Shown: positions 9,350 to 18,438, counted from the first letter of the stretch. The stretch: 35,624 nucleotides of DNA from an uncultured Actinomycetes bacterium (GCA_963706025.1 CAVPLM010000029.1:1-35624); one strand, 5' to 3'. The notes: generated by a model not told the origin, from the letters alone. Numbers and translations: made by a program.

Positions 9350-10187
9350 TCAGAACCGGTATGTCATCCCGGCGGCCGCGGGCGATACTCGTTCGCCCAA
9401 GGCATCGCGCAACTGGGTCACCGGGCGTTCGCCGGTGCAGTGGCACGGAGCCAGCACATCCGGGTTATGCAATCGCAACGCCGAGATCGTCTGGTCCAGG
9501 CGCTCAGGGCCGGCGTCGAGCAGGTGAAAGCCTCCGATGACGGCTCTGACCCGGACCTTTTGGGTCAGGCTGAGCACGTGATCCAAGGTATTCACCACAC
9601 CCGCATGGGCGCAGCCCAGGCAGACTACCACCCCCAGGTCCGTCTCGATCCAGAGGGCCAGATCGTCCTCGATGGGATCGGGGCACGTTCCCGCTGGATC
9701 GAAGTAGAAAGGTCCTCCCGCATCCTCGTAGCTGGTGAGGCGCGGGATGGGGGCGGTGATCCCGATCTTCTCGGTCAGCAGCAGAGGCTGCCGGACCCAG
9801 TGCATACGCGATGACGGCCACCCATCCAGAACTGCCCTGGCTTGCTCCGATATCCCGATGGCCTTCGCTTCCCCGTCACGAACGGCGTAGCGTGGCTGGA
9901 GGACTCCCGGATGGCAGTAGATATCGATGTTCGGAGCCTGCTGGACGACATAGGCTATTCCGCCCGCGTGGTCGTAGTGCCCGTGACTGAGCACGAGGAT
10001 GTCGGCCGTGGCCAAATCGACGCCGAGTTTCCGGGTGTTGCGAGCAAATGCAGGTCCCTGTCCTGTATCGACCAGGATCCGCTTGTTCTCGGTCTCAATC
10101 CACAGGGACAGGCCGTGCTCGAACCCAAGCCCCTTGCCGGCCTTGTTGTCGACCAAGATCGTGATGCTCACAGTTCTTTGACGTCAT
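9350..10187 (-). CDS. MBL-fold metallo-hydrolase (MJ0301-like class); likely true ATG at 10187 with a +1 indel
   Basis: EHGLS, DTG, LSHGHYDHAGG, GCAHAG, GGFHL, PCHCTG. The ORF track starts at GTG 10171; ATG 10187 is one base out of frame and sits 6 nt after a TAGACT -10. Confidence 0.9.
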
Positions 10188-10289
10188 AGTGTCAGTCTAC
10201 CGGTGATCGCGGGAATCGTGCGTCGTTTGGCTGGGTAGGCCCTTCGGGTATGTGAAGCGGCAGAGTCCGCGACCCGTGGAGGTGCAACC

Positions 10290-10670
10290 ATGGCAGAGTT
10301 GGCCAACTGGCCTGAGCTCGAGATCCTCAGCAATCCCCTCGAGCCGGAGGCGGCCGCCTTGGCCCCCGTCGAGATAAGGTTCCAGGTGAAGCCCGAGCCT
10401 GGGGAGAAGTGGGATAGCGAACTTGCGGCCGAGTGCTCGATCGCGGGCCACCCGGCTGCCACTCCAGGCGCTGTGCTGAGTTTCCGAGCGTGGGAGCAAG
10501 ATTCTGAGCCGACCCTCTATTGCTACGCCATCGCCCGCAATCTGCAAGAAGGCGCCCAGGTGAAGCTGAAGGTGCATCCGCGAGATGAGAAGCAGCGGGA
10601 GAAGCCGGAGATCGTTTGGGAGAAGGAGTTCAAGGTTAGGAAAGAAGGCGATAAGTTCCGGCTGGAGTGA
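10290..10670 (+). CDS. Hypothetical protein (126 aa, beta-rich)
   Basis: SD GGAGG, GC3-rich codons, GTGA overlap with the next gene; no motif recognised. Confidence 0.75.
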   Translation: MAELANWPELEILSNPLEPEAAALAPVEIRFQVKPEPGEKWDSELAAECSIAGHPAATPGAVLSFRAWEQDSEPTLYCYAIARNLQEGAQVKLKVHPRDEKQREKPEIVWEKEFKVRKEGDKFRLE

Positions 10671-11407
10671 ACTCGCGCCCAGATCCTGATCAGCGGCGCT
10701 TGGTCACCGCCGGTATGCTGACCGATCTACCAGAACCGGCCCGGCGATACCTGGAGTACACGGGCGTGGTGGGCCAGCCCTGGATCGACACCGTCCGCGT
10801 CAGGTACGAAGGCGTGTTCCGCATGGCTGCCGACAAGCCCTGGATGCCCATCAAGGCTGAGCAGGTCTACACCACCGATCCACCTGGATTTCACTGGACG
10901 GCGCGTCTCAAGATGTTCGGCCTGTGGATGGTGAGCGGTAGCGACACCTACAAAGCCGGGCGCGGCCACATGTTCGGCAAAGTTGCCGGTCTCTTCACCA
11001 TATTCGATGCGCGCGGGGACGAACTTGATCAGGGCACCATGATGCGCTACCTGAACGAGATGACCTGGTTTCCAGTCGCTCTGCTCAGCGACTACGTCAC
11101 CTGGAAGGCGGTGGACGATCATTCCTTCGATGCCACCTTCACCGATCACGGAAAGAGCGTGAGCGCGCGTTTCTTCGTCGACCAGGCGGGGCGCCTGAAC
11201 AACTTCGTGACGAAGCGCTATCGCGAGAGCAACGGGACCTACACGCTCGATACCTGGACGACGCCGATGACGGAATACGGCAGATTGGCCGGACTGAACC
11301 TTCCCGTCCGCGGGCAGGCGGTGTGGAAGCTTCCCGGCGGTGATCTGCCCTATGCCGACTTCACGCTGACCTCAGTCGAATACAACGTGCCGATCGAGGA
11401 CTTCTGA
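10667..11407 (+). CDS. DUF6544 family protein
   Basis: LPEPARRYLEYTGVVGQP, W.PIKAEQ, PPGFHW, GDELDQGTMMRYLNEMTWFP.AL, GLNLPVRGQAVWKLP.GD..Y. Confidence 0.75.
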   Translation: MNSRPDPDQRRLVTAGMLTDLPEPARRYLEYTGVVGQPWIDTVRVRYEGVFRMAADKPWMPIKAEQVYTTDPPGFHWTARLKMFGLWMVSGSDTYKAGRGHMFGKVAGLFTIFDARGDELDQGTMMRYLNEMTWFPVALLSDYVTWKAVDDHSFDATFTDHGKSVSARFFVDQAGRLNNFVTKRYRESNGTYTLDTWTTPMTEYGRLAGLNLPVRGQAVWKLPGGDLPYADFTLTSVEYNVPIEDF

Positions 11408-11563
11408 GATGGGCTCGCGCCCCCCGCACCGGTCGGGCCAGGGAGGTTCCAGGACCGGACGTGTCGATCAGCGATGTCCTGCTTGAGCCTTCGCCCCGCT
11501 ATCATGGAGCGCGATTCCCGGCGGCGGTCCGGGCGGTACGAGGAGGGGGAGGGTAAAGGCGGC

Positions 11564-14149
11564 ATGACGCGCGTTGCCAGACTGACCAACAGCACCACCG
11601 GGGGCCCGGTCTTCGTAGACGTCAAGGATGGCGAGATCGTTCGCATCCTGCCTATCGATCTCGACGACAGCGACGGACCCTCATGGAAGATCGAAGCCCG
11701 GGGCCGGACGTTCTCCCCTCCGCGCCGGACCACTCTGTCGCCCTGGACGGTGGCGCACAAGTCGGTCATCTACTCTCCCAAACGCATCCTCACGCCTCTC
11801 AAGCGGGTGGATTTCGACGCCAAGGGTGACCGAAACTGCAACAACCGAGGCGTATCCGGCTACGAGCCCATCAGCTGGGACGAGGCCTTCGATCTCGTGG
11901 CGAGCGAGATCGTCCGGGTCAAGCGGGAACTGGGGCCGGCCGGCATGCTCACCACTCCCGGCTCGCACCACATGTGGGGCAACGTGGGCTATCGCTTCAG
12001 CGCTTACTACCGGTTCATGGACCTGGTGGGGATGACCTACGCCGAGCACAACCCCGATAGCTGGGAAGGCTGGCACTGGGGCGCCATGCACATGTGGGGC
12101 TTCAGTCATCGCCTGGGCATCCCGGAGCAGTACGACCTGTTGGAAGATGCGCTCAAGCACACCGAGATGGTCGTGTTCTGGTCGGCCGACCCCGAGTCTA
12201 CCACCGGCTGCTACGCGGCCTTCGAGAGCACGGCCCGCCGTCGGTGGCTCAAGGAGCTGGGGGTCAAGATGGTGTTCATCGATCCCTACTTCAACCACAC
12301 CGCCGGCCTCCACTCCGACAAATGGTTCGCGCCCCGCCCGGGTACGGATGTGGCCTTGGCCTTGGCTATCGCCCACGTGTGGCTCACCGAGGGGACGTAC
12401 GACACGGAGTACGTCGCCGAGCGGACCTCCGGCTTCGCCGAATGGCGGAGCTACGTGCTCGGCGACAGCGACGGGGTGGCGAAGACGCCGGCCTGGGCGG
12501 AGGAGGAGTCGGGCATCGCGGCCCGCGATATCCGGGCCCTGGCGCGCGAGTGGGCCTCGAAGCCGACCATGCTGGCGGCGGGTGGCCTGGGCGGGATGGG
12601 TGGAGCCTGCCGGGCGGCCACCGGCAACGAGTGGGCGCGCGCCATGGTAGCGCTTGCCGCTTTGCAGGGCATGGGCAAGCCGGGCAGCAACATATGGGGG
12701 ACGACCGCGGGCGCTCCGGTTGATTCGTCTTTCGTGTTCCCCGGATACTCCGAGGGAGGCATCTCCTGCGACCTCGATCACACCGCGGCCGGGTTCCGCT
12801 GGGCGTACCGCATGTTCCCCGAAGGAGGAGCCATGCGGATGGCCCATCACTCCGGCGACGGCCAGACCGTGCCGCGGCTGCGCATCCCCGAGGCGATGCT
12901 CCACGAGCGCCTCGAGTGGAGGGGGAAGGGATTCTGCGGGTCGTCGATCGAGTCTCAGTTCCGGGAATACCACTACCCGGCCGAGGGATACGCGCCGGTC
13001 GGCATGTACTACCGCTACGGCGGCTCGTTCTTCGGCACCATGACCGCGACCAACCGGTACGTCAAGGCCTATCAGAACGACAAGATCCCTTTCGTGGTCA
13101 ACCAGTCGATCTGGTTCGAAGGCGAGGCCAAGTTCGCCGACGTCATCCTGCCTGCCTGCACCAACTTCGAGCGCTGGGACATCAGCGAGTGCGCCTACGC
13201 ATCAGGCTACGTCCCCGACGGCAACAGCTCGCCCAACCATCGCATGGTCGTCCTGCAGAAGAAATGCATCGAGCCCCTGGGGGAGTCGAAGTCGGACTAC
13301 GAGATCTTCGCCGGTCTGGCCGAACGCCTGGGGGTCCACGGGGCCTTCACCATGGGAGGAAAGACCGAGCTCGACTGGGTCAAGCAGATGTTCCACGCCA
13401 GCGACCTCCCGAAGGTCATCAGCTGGAAGGAGTTCGAGAAGAAGGGTTACTACGTCGTACCGGTGCCCGAGGGGCAGGCCTCCACTCCGGCGCTCCGTTG
13501 GTTCGCCGAAGGACGGCCGAAGGACACGCCGGATTGGGGCCCGCATCCCGCCGACACGGTCCGGCTTGCCGGTCTTCAGACCAGATCGGGCAAGATCGAG
13601 TTCGTGGCCTCCAGCCTGACTCAGTTGGAGCAGGGCGGCACGCTCGACCCAGAAAGACCGGCGCTCGGCCCCCAGTACATCGAGTCCTGGGAGGGGCATC
13701 GCACCACAGACCTGGTGGCGAAGTATCCCCTGCAGCTGATATCTCCCCACCCACGCTTCAGCTTCCACACCATGGGTGACGCCAAGGATTCGTGGACCAA
13801 CGAGATCAAGGATCATCGCCTCCTTAGGGAGGACGGCCGGTACTACTGGATCGTCAGGATCAACTCAGGTGACGCCGCGGCGCGGAGCATCGCAGACGGC
13901 GACCTGGTGCGCGCCTTCAACGGCCGGGGCTCGGTGATCCTGGCGGCGCAGGTGACGGAGAGAGTGCCACCGGGGATCATCCATTCGTACGAGTCGTGCG
14001 CGGACTACGACCCGCTGGGCGCTCCCGGGGAATCGCCCGACCAGGCCGGCTGCATCAATATCCTGACTCCGAAGCGGTTCATCACCCCTACTTCGACGGG
14101 GATGGCAAACAACTCCTGTCTGATCCAAGTGGAGAGGTGGGCGGGCTGA
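11564..14149 (+). CDS. athL: Molybdopterin (bis-MGD) oxidoreductase, pyrogallol:phloroglucinol transhydroxylase large-subunit-like
   Basis: RLTNSTTGGPVFV, SHHMWGNVGYR, HNPDSWEGWHWG (Mo-ligand Ser), FPGYSEGGIS, ADVILPACTNFERWD, SPHPRFSFHTMGD, GMANNS match the Pelobacter acidigallici enzyme as recalled. No Tat signal and no N-terminal Fe-S motif. ATG 11564 follows a purine-rich SD. Confidence 0.88.
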   Translation: MTRVARLTNSTTGGPVFVDVKDGEIVRILPIDLDDSDGPSWKIEARGRTFSPPRRTTLSPWTVAHKSVIYSPKRILTPLKRVDFDAKGDRNCNNRGVSGYEPISWDEAFDLVASEIVRVKRELGPAGMLTTPGSHHMWGNVGYRFSAYYRFMDLVGMTYAEHNPDSWEGWHWGAMHMWGFSHRLGIPEQYDLLEDALKHTEMVVFWSADPESTTGCYAAFESTARRRWLKELGVKMVFIDPYFNHTAGLHSDKWFAPRPGTDVALALAIAHVWLTEGTYDTEYVAERTSGFAEWRSYVLGDSDGVAKTPAWAEEESGIAARDIRALAREWASKPTMLAAGGLGGMGGACRAATGNEWARAMVALAALQGMGKPGSNIWGTTAGAPVDSSFVFPGYSEGGISCDLDHTAAGFRWAYRMFPEGGAMRMAHHSGDGQTVPRLRIPEAMLHERLEWRGKGFCGSSIESQFREYHYPAEGYAPVGMYYRYGGSFFGTMTATNRYVKAYQNDKIPFVVNQSIWFEGEAKFADVILPACTNFERWDISECAYASGYVPDGNSSPNHRMVVLQKKCIEPLGESKSDYEIFAGLAERLGVHGAFTMGGKTELDWVKQMFHASDLPKVISWKEFEKKGYYVVPVPEGQASTPALRWFAEGRPKDTPDWGPHPADTVRLAGLQTRSGKIEFVASSLTQLEQGGTLDPERPALGPQYIESWEGHRTTDLVAKYPLQLISPHPRFSFHTMGDAKDSWTNEIKDHRLLREDGRYYWIVRINSGDAAARSIADGDLVRAFNGRGSVILAAQVTERVPPGIIHSYESCADYDPLGAPGESPDQAGCINILTPKRFITPTSTGMANNSCLIQVERWAG

Positions 14150-14214
14150 GGGCTGACCGGCCCGCGGGCGCCTACGAGCAGGTGTTCGACTGGGAGTTCG
14201 ATCGGAGGTCCTGA

Positions 14215-14817
14215 ATGCAGGGAGAAGCACGAGCATGGGAACTTCTGGCGGCCTGTGATCCGCAGGATGTCTGCGACCGCGCCGAGGCGGAATACTCTAT
14301 GGAGGAGGAGAACTACATCCTTCGGGTGTTCGGCCTTCCGGTCGTCCTGGATCTGGCGACGCGCACGATGAACGGACCGTGCGCAGAGGCCGAATTCATG
14401 CTGACCAAGGCCGCCTACTTCTCTCGCCTATCGATTCTGCACTACCTTCTCGGCGCCCAGAAGATCGTGCCAACCGGCCGCCTGGTCAAGCCCTCGGATC
14501 TGAAGACGGGTCAGATCTACCTCCAGGGCTCCCACCTGTTGCCGTTGGATAAGATCGCGGCCCGGTTCTCTCGCGACCCAGGAGGTTTCGTGCGGCAGGC
14601 CGCCCGATTCGGCGGAGAGCGGCGGCCTTACGGAGACGCGGCAGTGGAATTGTGCCCCTTTCCTCGCGTACCGATCACGCTCATCTTCTGGGATGAGGAC
14701 GACGAGTTCCCGGCGAGGAGCTACCTGCTCTTCGACGAGACCTGCGAGCAACACCTGCCCCCGGACATCCTGTGGTCGGTGGCCATGCTGAGCGCGCTGG
14801 TCATGCTGCAGCGCTGA
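14215..14817 (+). CDS. DUF3786 domain-containing protein
   Basis: LSILHYL, YGDAAVELCPFPRVPITLIFWDEDDEFPARSYLLFD...LPPDI. SD GGAGG. Confidence 0.85.
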   Translation: MQGEARAWELLAACDPQDVCDRAEAEYSMEEENYILRVFGLPVVLDLATRTMNGPCAEAEFMLTKAAYFSRLSILHYLLGAQKIVPTGRLVKPSDLKTGQIYLQGSHLLPLDKIAARFSRDPGGFVRQAARFGGERRPYGDAAVELCPFPRVPITLIFWDEDDEFPARSYLLFDETCEQHLPPDILWSVAMLSALVMLQR

Positions 14818-14831
14818 GCTAGTCCCGCTCC

Positions 14832-15047
14832 TCAACCGCCGGCTACGACTTCGATCGCCTTGAGGGGACAGCTACGGGCACAGTCGCCGCACCCCCGGCA
14901 CGGAAACGGGTCTGTCATCGGTGCCTCGTACGGAGCTTCCTGGCTGAGGAGCTTTCGAGGGCATGCGAGGGCGGCACTACAAATCCCGCTTTCGCATCTT
15001 TCGGGATCGCACTTACGGTAGTTGACTAAGGCCAGCTTCCCTGCCAT
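14832..15047 (-). CDS. Small 2x[4Fe-4S] ferredoxin-like protein (RLI/ABCE1-type first motif)
   Basis: KCDPERCESGICSAALACP and CRGCGDCARSCP (8 Cys). SD GAGG. Confidence 0.85.
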   Translation of the reverse strand: MAGKLALVNYRKCDPERCESGICSAALACPRKLLSQEAPYEAPMTDPFPCRGCGDCARSCPLKAIEVVAGG

Positions 15048-15201
15048 CGGCGTCCTCGATGCCGGTTCCTTCGGCCTGTTTGAGCTCGCCTTCCAGTTCC
15101 TCCAGCTCCTCCCACATGTGGGGCGGGGCGGAATGAGCGGGCCATCGCCGTTTCAGCTCGGCGATCTTCTCTTCGATGTCTTTCACTCTGTCACTGTCCA
15201 C
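15013..15201 (-). CDS. Small helical-hairpin protein with PAHS motif
   Basis: IEEKIAELKRRWPAHSAPPHMWEELEELEGEL: two amphipathic helices around a PAHS loop. Overlaps the ferredoxin start by 35 nt. Confidence 0.7.
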   Translation of the reverse strand: MDSDRVKDIEEKIAELKRRWPAHSAPPHMWEELEELEGELKQAEGTGIEDADGREAGLSQLP

Positions 15202-15421
15202 AGCGTATGGCTCGTTTGCGGTCTTCCGATCTGCATCTATGCGTGCGAAGTCTACCGTATCGGGCCTGCCTTCTGAGTCGGTGACGAAGGAGCGACCCGG
15301 GATTCGGTAATGCTGCCGGGGGGCCGGCGTCTTTGGTATTGCCGACCTACAGAGACACCGACGCAGGTGTATGCTGTCGCGGCAGGAAGCTCCGGCGTCC
15401 TACTCATAGGAGAGTGAAGAG

Positions 15422-15628
15422 ATGGAAGGTGCGATGCGGGAACTCGAAGCCTTGCTCGAGTACCTGGTGAAGCACAACGGAGACCACGCCGGCGAGATTA
15501 TGGATCTGGCCACCCGTGCCGAGGCATTGGGCAAGACGGAAGTATCCGACCACCTGGTCAAGGGGGTCGATCTGCTGAACGACTCGAATGAGAGCCTTAA
15601 GGCGGCTCTCGCGGCTCTGCGAGGTTGA
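15422..15628 (+). CDS. Small HNxxH-motif helical protein, putative nickel-binding accessory protein
   Basis: LLEYLVKHNGDHAGEI motif; SD AGGAG; ends 1 nt before cooT. Confidence 0.72.
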   Translation: MEGAMRELEALLEYLVKHNGDHAGEIMDLATRAEALGKTEVSDHLVKGVDLLNDSNESLKAALAALRG

Positions 15629-15629
15629 G

Positions 15630-15833
15630 ATGTGTTTGGCTAAGGTATATGTCAGTGCCGCTGCGGGTGACGCTGGTGCCGAGTTGTTGATGGAGAACGT
15701 CGCTCGGATCGTCGTCGACGGCGACCGGGTCCGCGTGTCGTCCATACTCGGTGAGACCGAGGAGCTGCTCGGCCGCATCGGCGCCATAGATTTCGTCGCA
15801 GGGAAAGTGGCGCTCGAGAGCGTGGAGGTCTAG
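15630..15833 (+). CDS. cooT: CooT family nickel-binding protein
   Basis: MCLAKVY (Cys2), LMENVARI, SILGE, IDF. 67 aa. ATG 15630 preceded by GAGG. Confidence 0.85.
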   Translation: MCLAKVYVSAAAGDAGAELLMENVARIVVDGDRVRVSSILGETEELLGRIGAIDFVAGKVALESVEV

Positions 15834-16013
15834 CGCTCATCACAGGCCATCGTCGTCGCGTGACCTCGAAGTGGCCTCGGGGACGTCCGGCAGCGGGCCC
15901 AGACGCGGCTCATGTTCAATCAGAGGGCGCTCGGGGGAATACCAGTCTCGATCTCCAGATTATCGTGTTCACCCATTGATCGACCGCAGCCACCGTCATG
16001 AGGGAGGAGCAAA

Positions 16014-16460
16014 ATGAAGAAGGTCCTTGTCGTTTACTTCTCGTTGACCGGACGGACCCAGAAGATGGCCGAGTACATCGCCGAAGGCGTGCGCTTCGCC
16101 GGGCAGCAGGCAGTCGCCAAGAAGACCTCAGAGGTCGGGACCGTCGATGATCTGGCCGGCTACGATGGTTACATCTTCGGTTCACCCACCTATCATCGGG
16201 ACATGGCGGGGCCGATGAAGACCTTCCTATTCTTGGCGAACGGGGTCGATCTGGAGGGGAAACTGGCCGGAGCCTTTGGTTCCTATACCCACAGCGGGGA
16301 CGCTCCGGCCATGATCCTCGACACCATGGAGTACGTCTACCGGATGGAGCCCCTCAGCCTCGGTGCCCTGAATCTGAAAGAGGCCCTCGTGGGCGACATG
16401 GAAGGCATGCGTGCCTGCCACGACTACGGGAGGACCTTCGGGGAGAAACTGACCGGCTGA
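16014..16460 (+). CDS. Flavodoxin-domain protein (FprA/WrbA-like)
   Basis: VVYFSLTGRTQKMA FMN loop, GSPTY, GAFGSYTHSG. SD GGAGGAG. Confidence 0.9.
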   Translation: MKKVLVVYFSLTGRTQKMAEYIAEGVRFAGQQAVAKKTSEVGTVDDLAGYDGYIFGSPTYHRDMAGPMKTFLFLANGVDLEGKLAGAFGSYTHSGDAPAMILDTMEYVYRMEPLSLGALNLKEALVGDMEGMRACHDYGRTFGEKLTG

Positions 16461-16586
16461 CATTCCGGCCCGCATCGTATCGCGCGGCCGGCAGGAAGGT
16501 CGAGGAACGCCGGTCTCCAAGCTCAGATATCCGCCCGAGTCGCATGAGTACCTTCGCCGACCATGACTCGCTCCCGGGCGACCAAG

Positions 16587-17399
16587 CTAGTCCTGCTCTT
16601 CGACCGTGTCGTGCCAGGGACGGCGCTGCCGATCTTGGCGCGCAGGCGCCAGGTGCGCGACTTCGGTTGCAGCTTTGATCGCCTCCTCGAGGCGCGCGAG
16701 CTTGGCGAGCACTCGGTCGCGCTCGCCGGGCTCCACGGCGTATGCGTCGAGCCGCTCGTGTAGGCGCGCGAAGTTGAGCTCGACATCGTGGAAGAGGCCC
16801 CAGTCGCGTGCGCAGAGCTGGGCGATATAGGGCACGTCGATCGCACCTGGGATCGTCGGCGGTGCCGAGCTCTAGGTCCTGGAGAAGGGTGAAGATGTCG
16901 CGGTCGTCCTTCTCGTTCAGGTTGGCCATCTGCAGCTTGGTGAGGAGCGCATCGCTTACCGTGATGGTGTAGTCGTCGAGTTCCAGCCGGTCGCGTCAGG
17001 TCGATGGCGTGGTCCATCTTGAACGTATCAAGGAAGACGTCGATATGGTCGTCGTCGTGCCGGCCGTAGCAGGCCCACTCCTCCTTGCGGCGGCACTCGC
17101 GGGCGAACTGCAGCTGGCGGCCGCTGGTCGCTATGGCGCACGTGGACGACCTCCTCGAACCCGAGGTCGGTGAAGAGGCTCGCGATACGCTCGCCGTCGC
17201 GCCGATGCCCCACCATGTCGATGTCGCCGTGGTCCCGCTCGCAGAAGTCGAGCGACTCGCAGTGGAAACGCACGGCAAGGCCGCCGAGGAGGCGCAGGAC
17301 GATGCCTTGCTCGCGGGCGGCGTCGATGACGCGCTTGGCCTCGGCGATCATGTCCGCGCGGGTTGCGAGTATGAGCTCTGTAGGCACCGGGGCGTTCAT
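16587..17399 (-). pseudogene. Nucleotidyltransferase-like hypothetical protein, interrupted by 5 single-base indels
   Basis: Joined frames give LRLLGGLAVRFH...RDHGDIDMVG...HIDVFLDTFKMDHAIDL/RDRLELDDYTITVSDALLTKLQMANLNEKDDRDI...LCARDWGLFHDV...PKSRTWRLRAKIG/RRPWHDTVEEQD. Shifts near 17132, 16996, 16848, 16667, 16627. Probably intact in vivo. Confidence 0.7.
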
Positions 17400-17558
17400 G
17401 GCCCCCACTGTCCCCCGCGTGAAGCGTTGGCAAACAAGCGGGGCGCCTCGAGAAGACTCGGCCTTGGTGCCGCTCGGTGACGAGGGCCTGCTGTATCCTG
17501 AAGCGGGCGGAACGGAAGCGACAGGCGACGGTTGGTCGAGCCAGTGAAAGGAACAGCA

Positions 17559-18248
17559 ATGGAGTACCAGGACCTTCTCCAGCTCGTGCAGGCGCGGAGG
17601 AGCACCAGAGCGTTCACGACGGATCCCGTGCCGGACGCCCTGGTGGATCAGATCATCGAGGTCGCCCGCTGGGCTCCATCGGGAACGAACACCCAGCCCT
17701 GGGAGTTCGTGGTGGTGCGAGACAAGGAGACCAAGGAGCGCATCGCCGGTTTCGTGAAAGCGCAGGCCTACCCGGCGCACGAGGTCGAACTGACGCGACC
17801 CGAGGACATGAGATGGCCTTCCGCGGCGCGCCCGGTCTCAGACCCAGGCTGGAAAGACGCGCCCGTGCTGATAGTGGTGTGCGGTGATCCCCGCACCCAG
17901 CGGTCATACCCACTCGTTACTCAGCTGGTCCGGGGTGATCTGGTCTTTGACTCCTCACTGGCCGGCGCGTTCCTCTACATGGCCCTGGCGGCGACCGCTC
18001 TTGGCTTGGGCTGTCAATGGACCACTGCCGCCAGCAACCCCTTCGTGATGCCTTTGGTCATGGAACTGCTAGGGATCCCGGACGACCTTGTTATCTACGA
18101 CATGATGGCTCTAGGCTATGCAGCCGCTCCGCCGAAGCCCCGTTTCGTCCGGGAGCGGGCGGAATTCACCCATTACGACCACTACGACCATACAAAGCAC
18201 CGTACCGACGAGCAGGTAAGAGAGTTCATCCGCCGTCTCCGCAAGTAG
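17559..18248 (+). CDS. Nitroreductase family protein
   Basis: ARRSTRAF, RWAPSGTNTQPWEFVVV, LAATALGLGCQW, LLGIP, ALGY. SD AAAGGA. Confidence 0.93.
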   Translation: MEYQDLLQLVQARRSTRAFTTDPVPDALVDQIIEVARWAPSGTNTQPWEFVVVRDKETKERIAGFVKAQAYPAHEVELTRPEDMRWPSAARPVSDPGWKDAPVLIVVCGDPRTQRSYPLVTQLVRGDLVFDSSLAGAFLYMALAATALGLGCQWTTAASNPFVMPLVMELLGIPDDLVIYDMMALGYAAAPPKPRFVRERAEFTHYDHYDHTKHRTDEQVREFIRRLRK

Positions 18249-18438
18249 CCCCAGAGTATCGGATCCCGCACACCCAAGGCGATCCCCATGCCGACCCCAA
18301 GACCAAGTGCCCCCCTTGGGAGTCCCACGCGGCGCTACTTCCGAGTGGGCAACTGATGATGGGCACTCGGGTAGACGGAGCTACGACCAGCACGCCGACT
18401 CCGAACACCAGCGGACTGGAGTCCATCTCGCTTCGCGC

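Noticed and set aside
11681-12973. 430-aa minus-strand ORF and other ORFs inside athL
   Set aside because: Shadow or alternate-frame ORFs with Arg/Pro/Gly-rich composition.
18335-18374. Hairpin with CTGATGA in the loop, as a hammerhead ribozyme
   Set aside because: No stem II followed by GAAA and no three-way junction; more likely a terminator-like stem between convergent genes.
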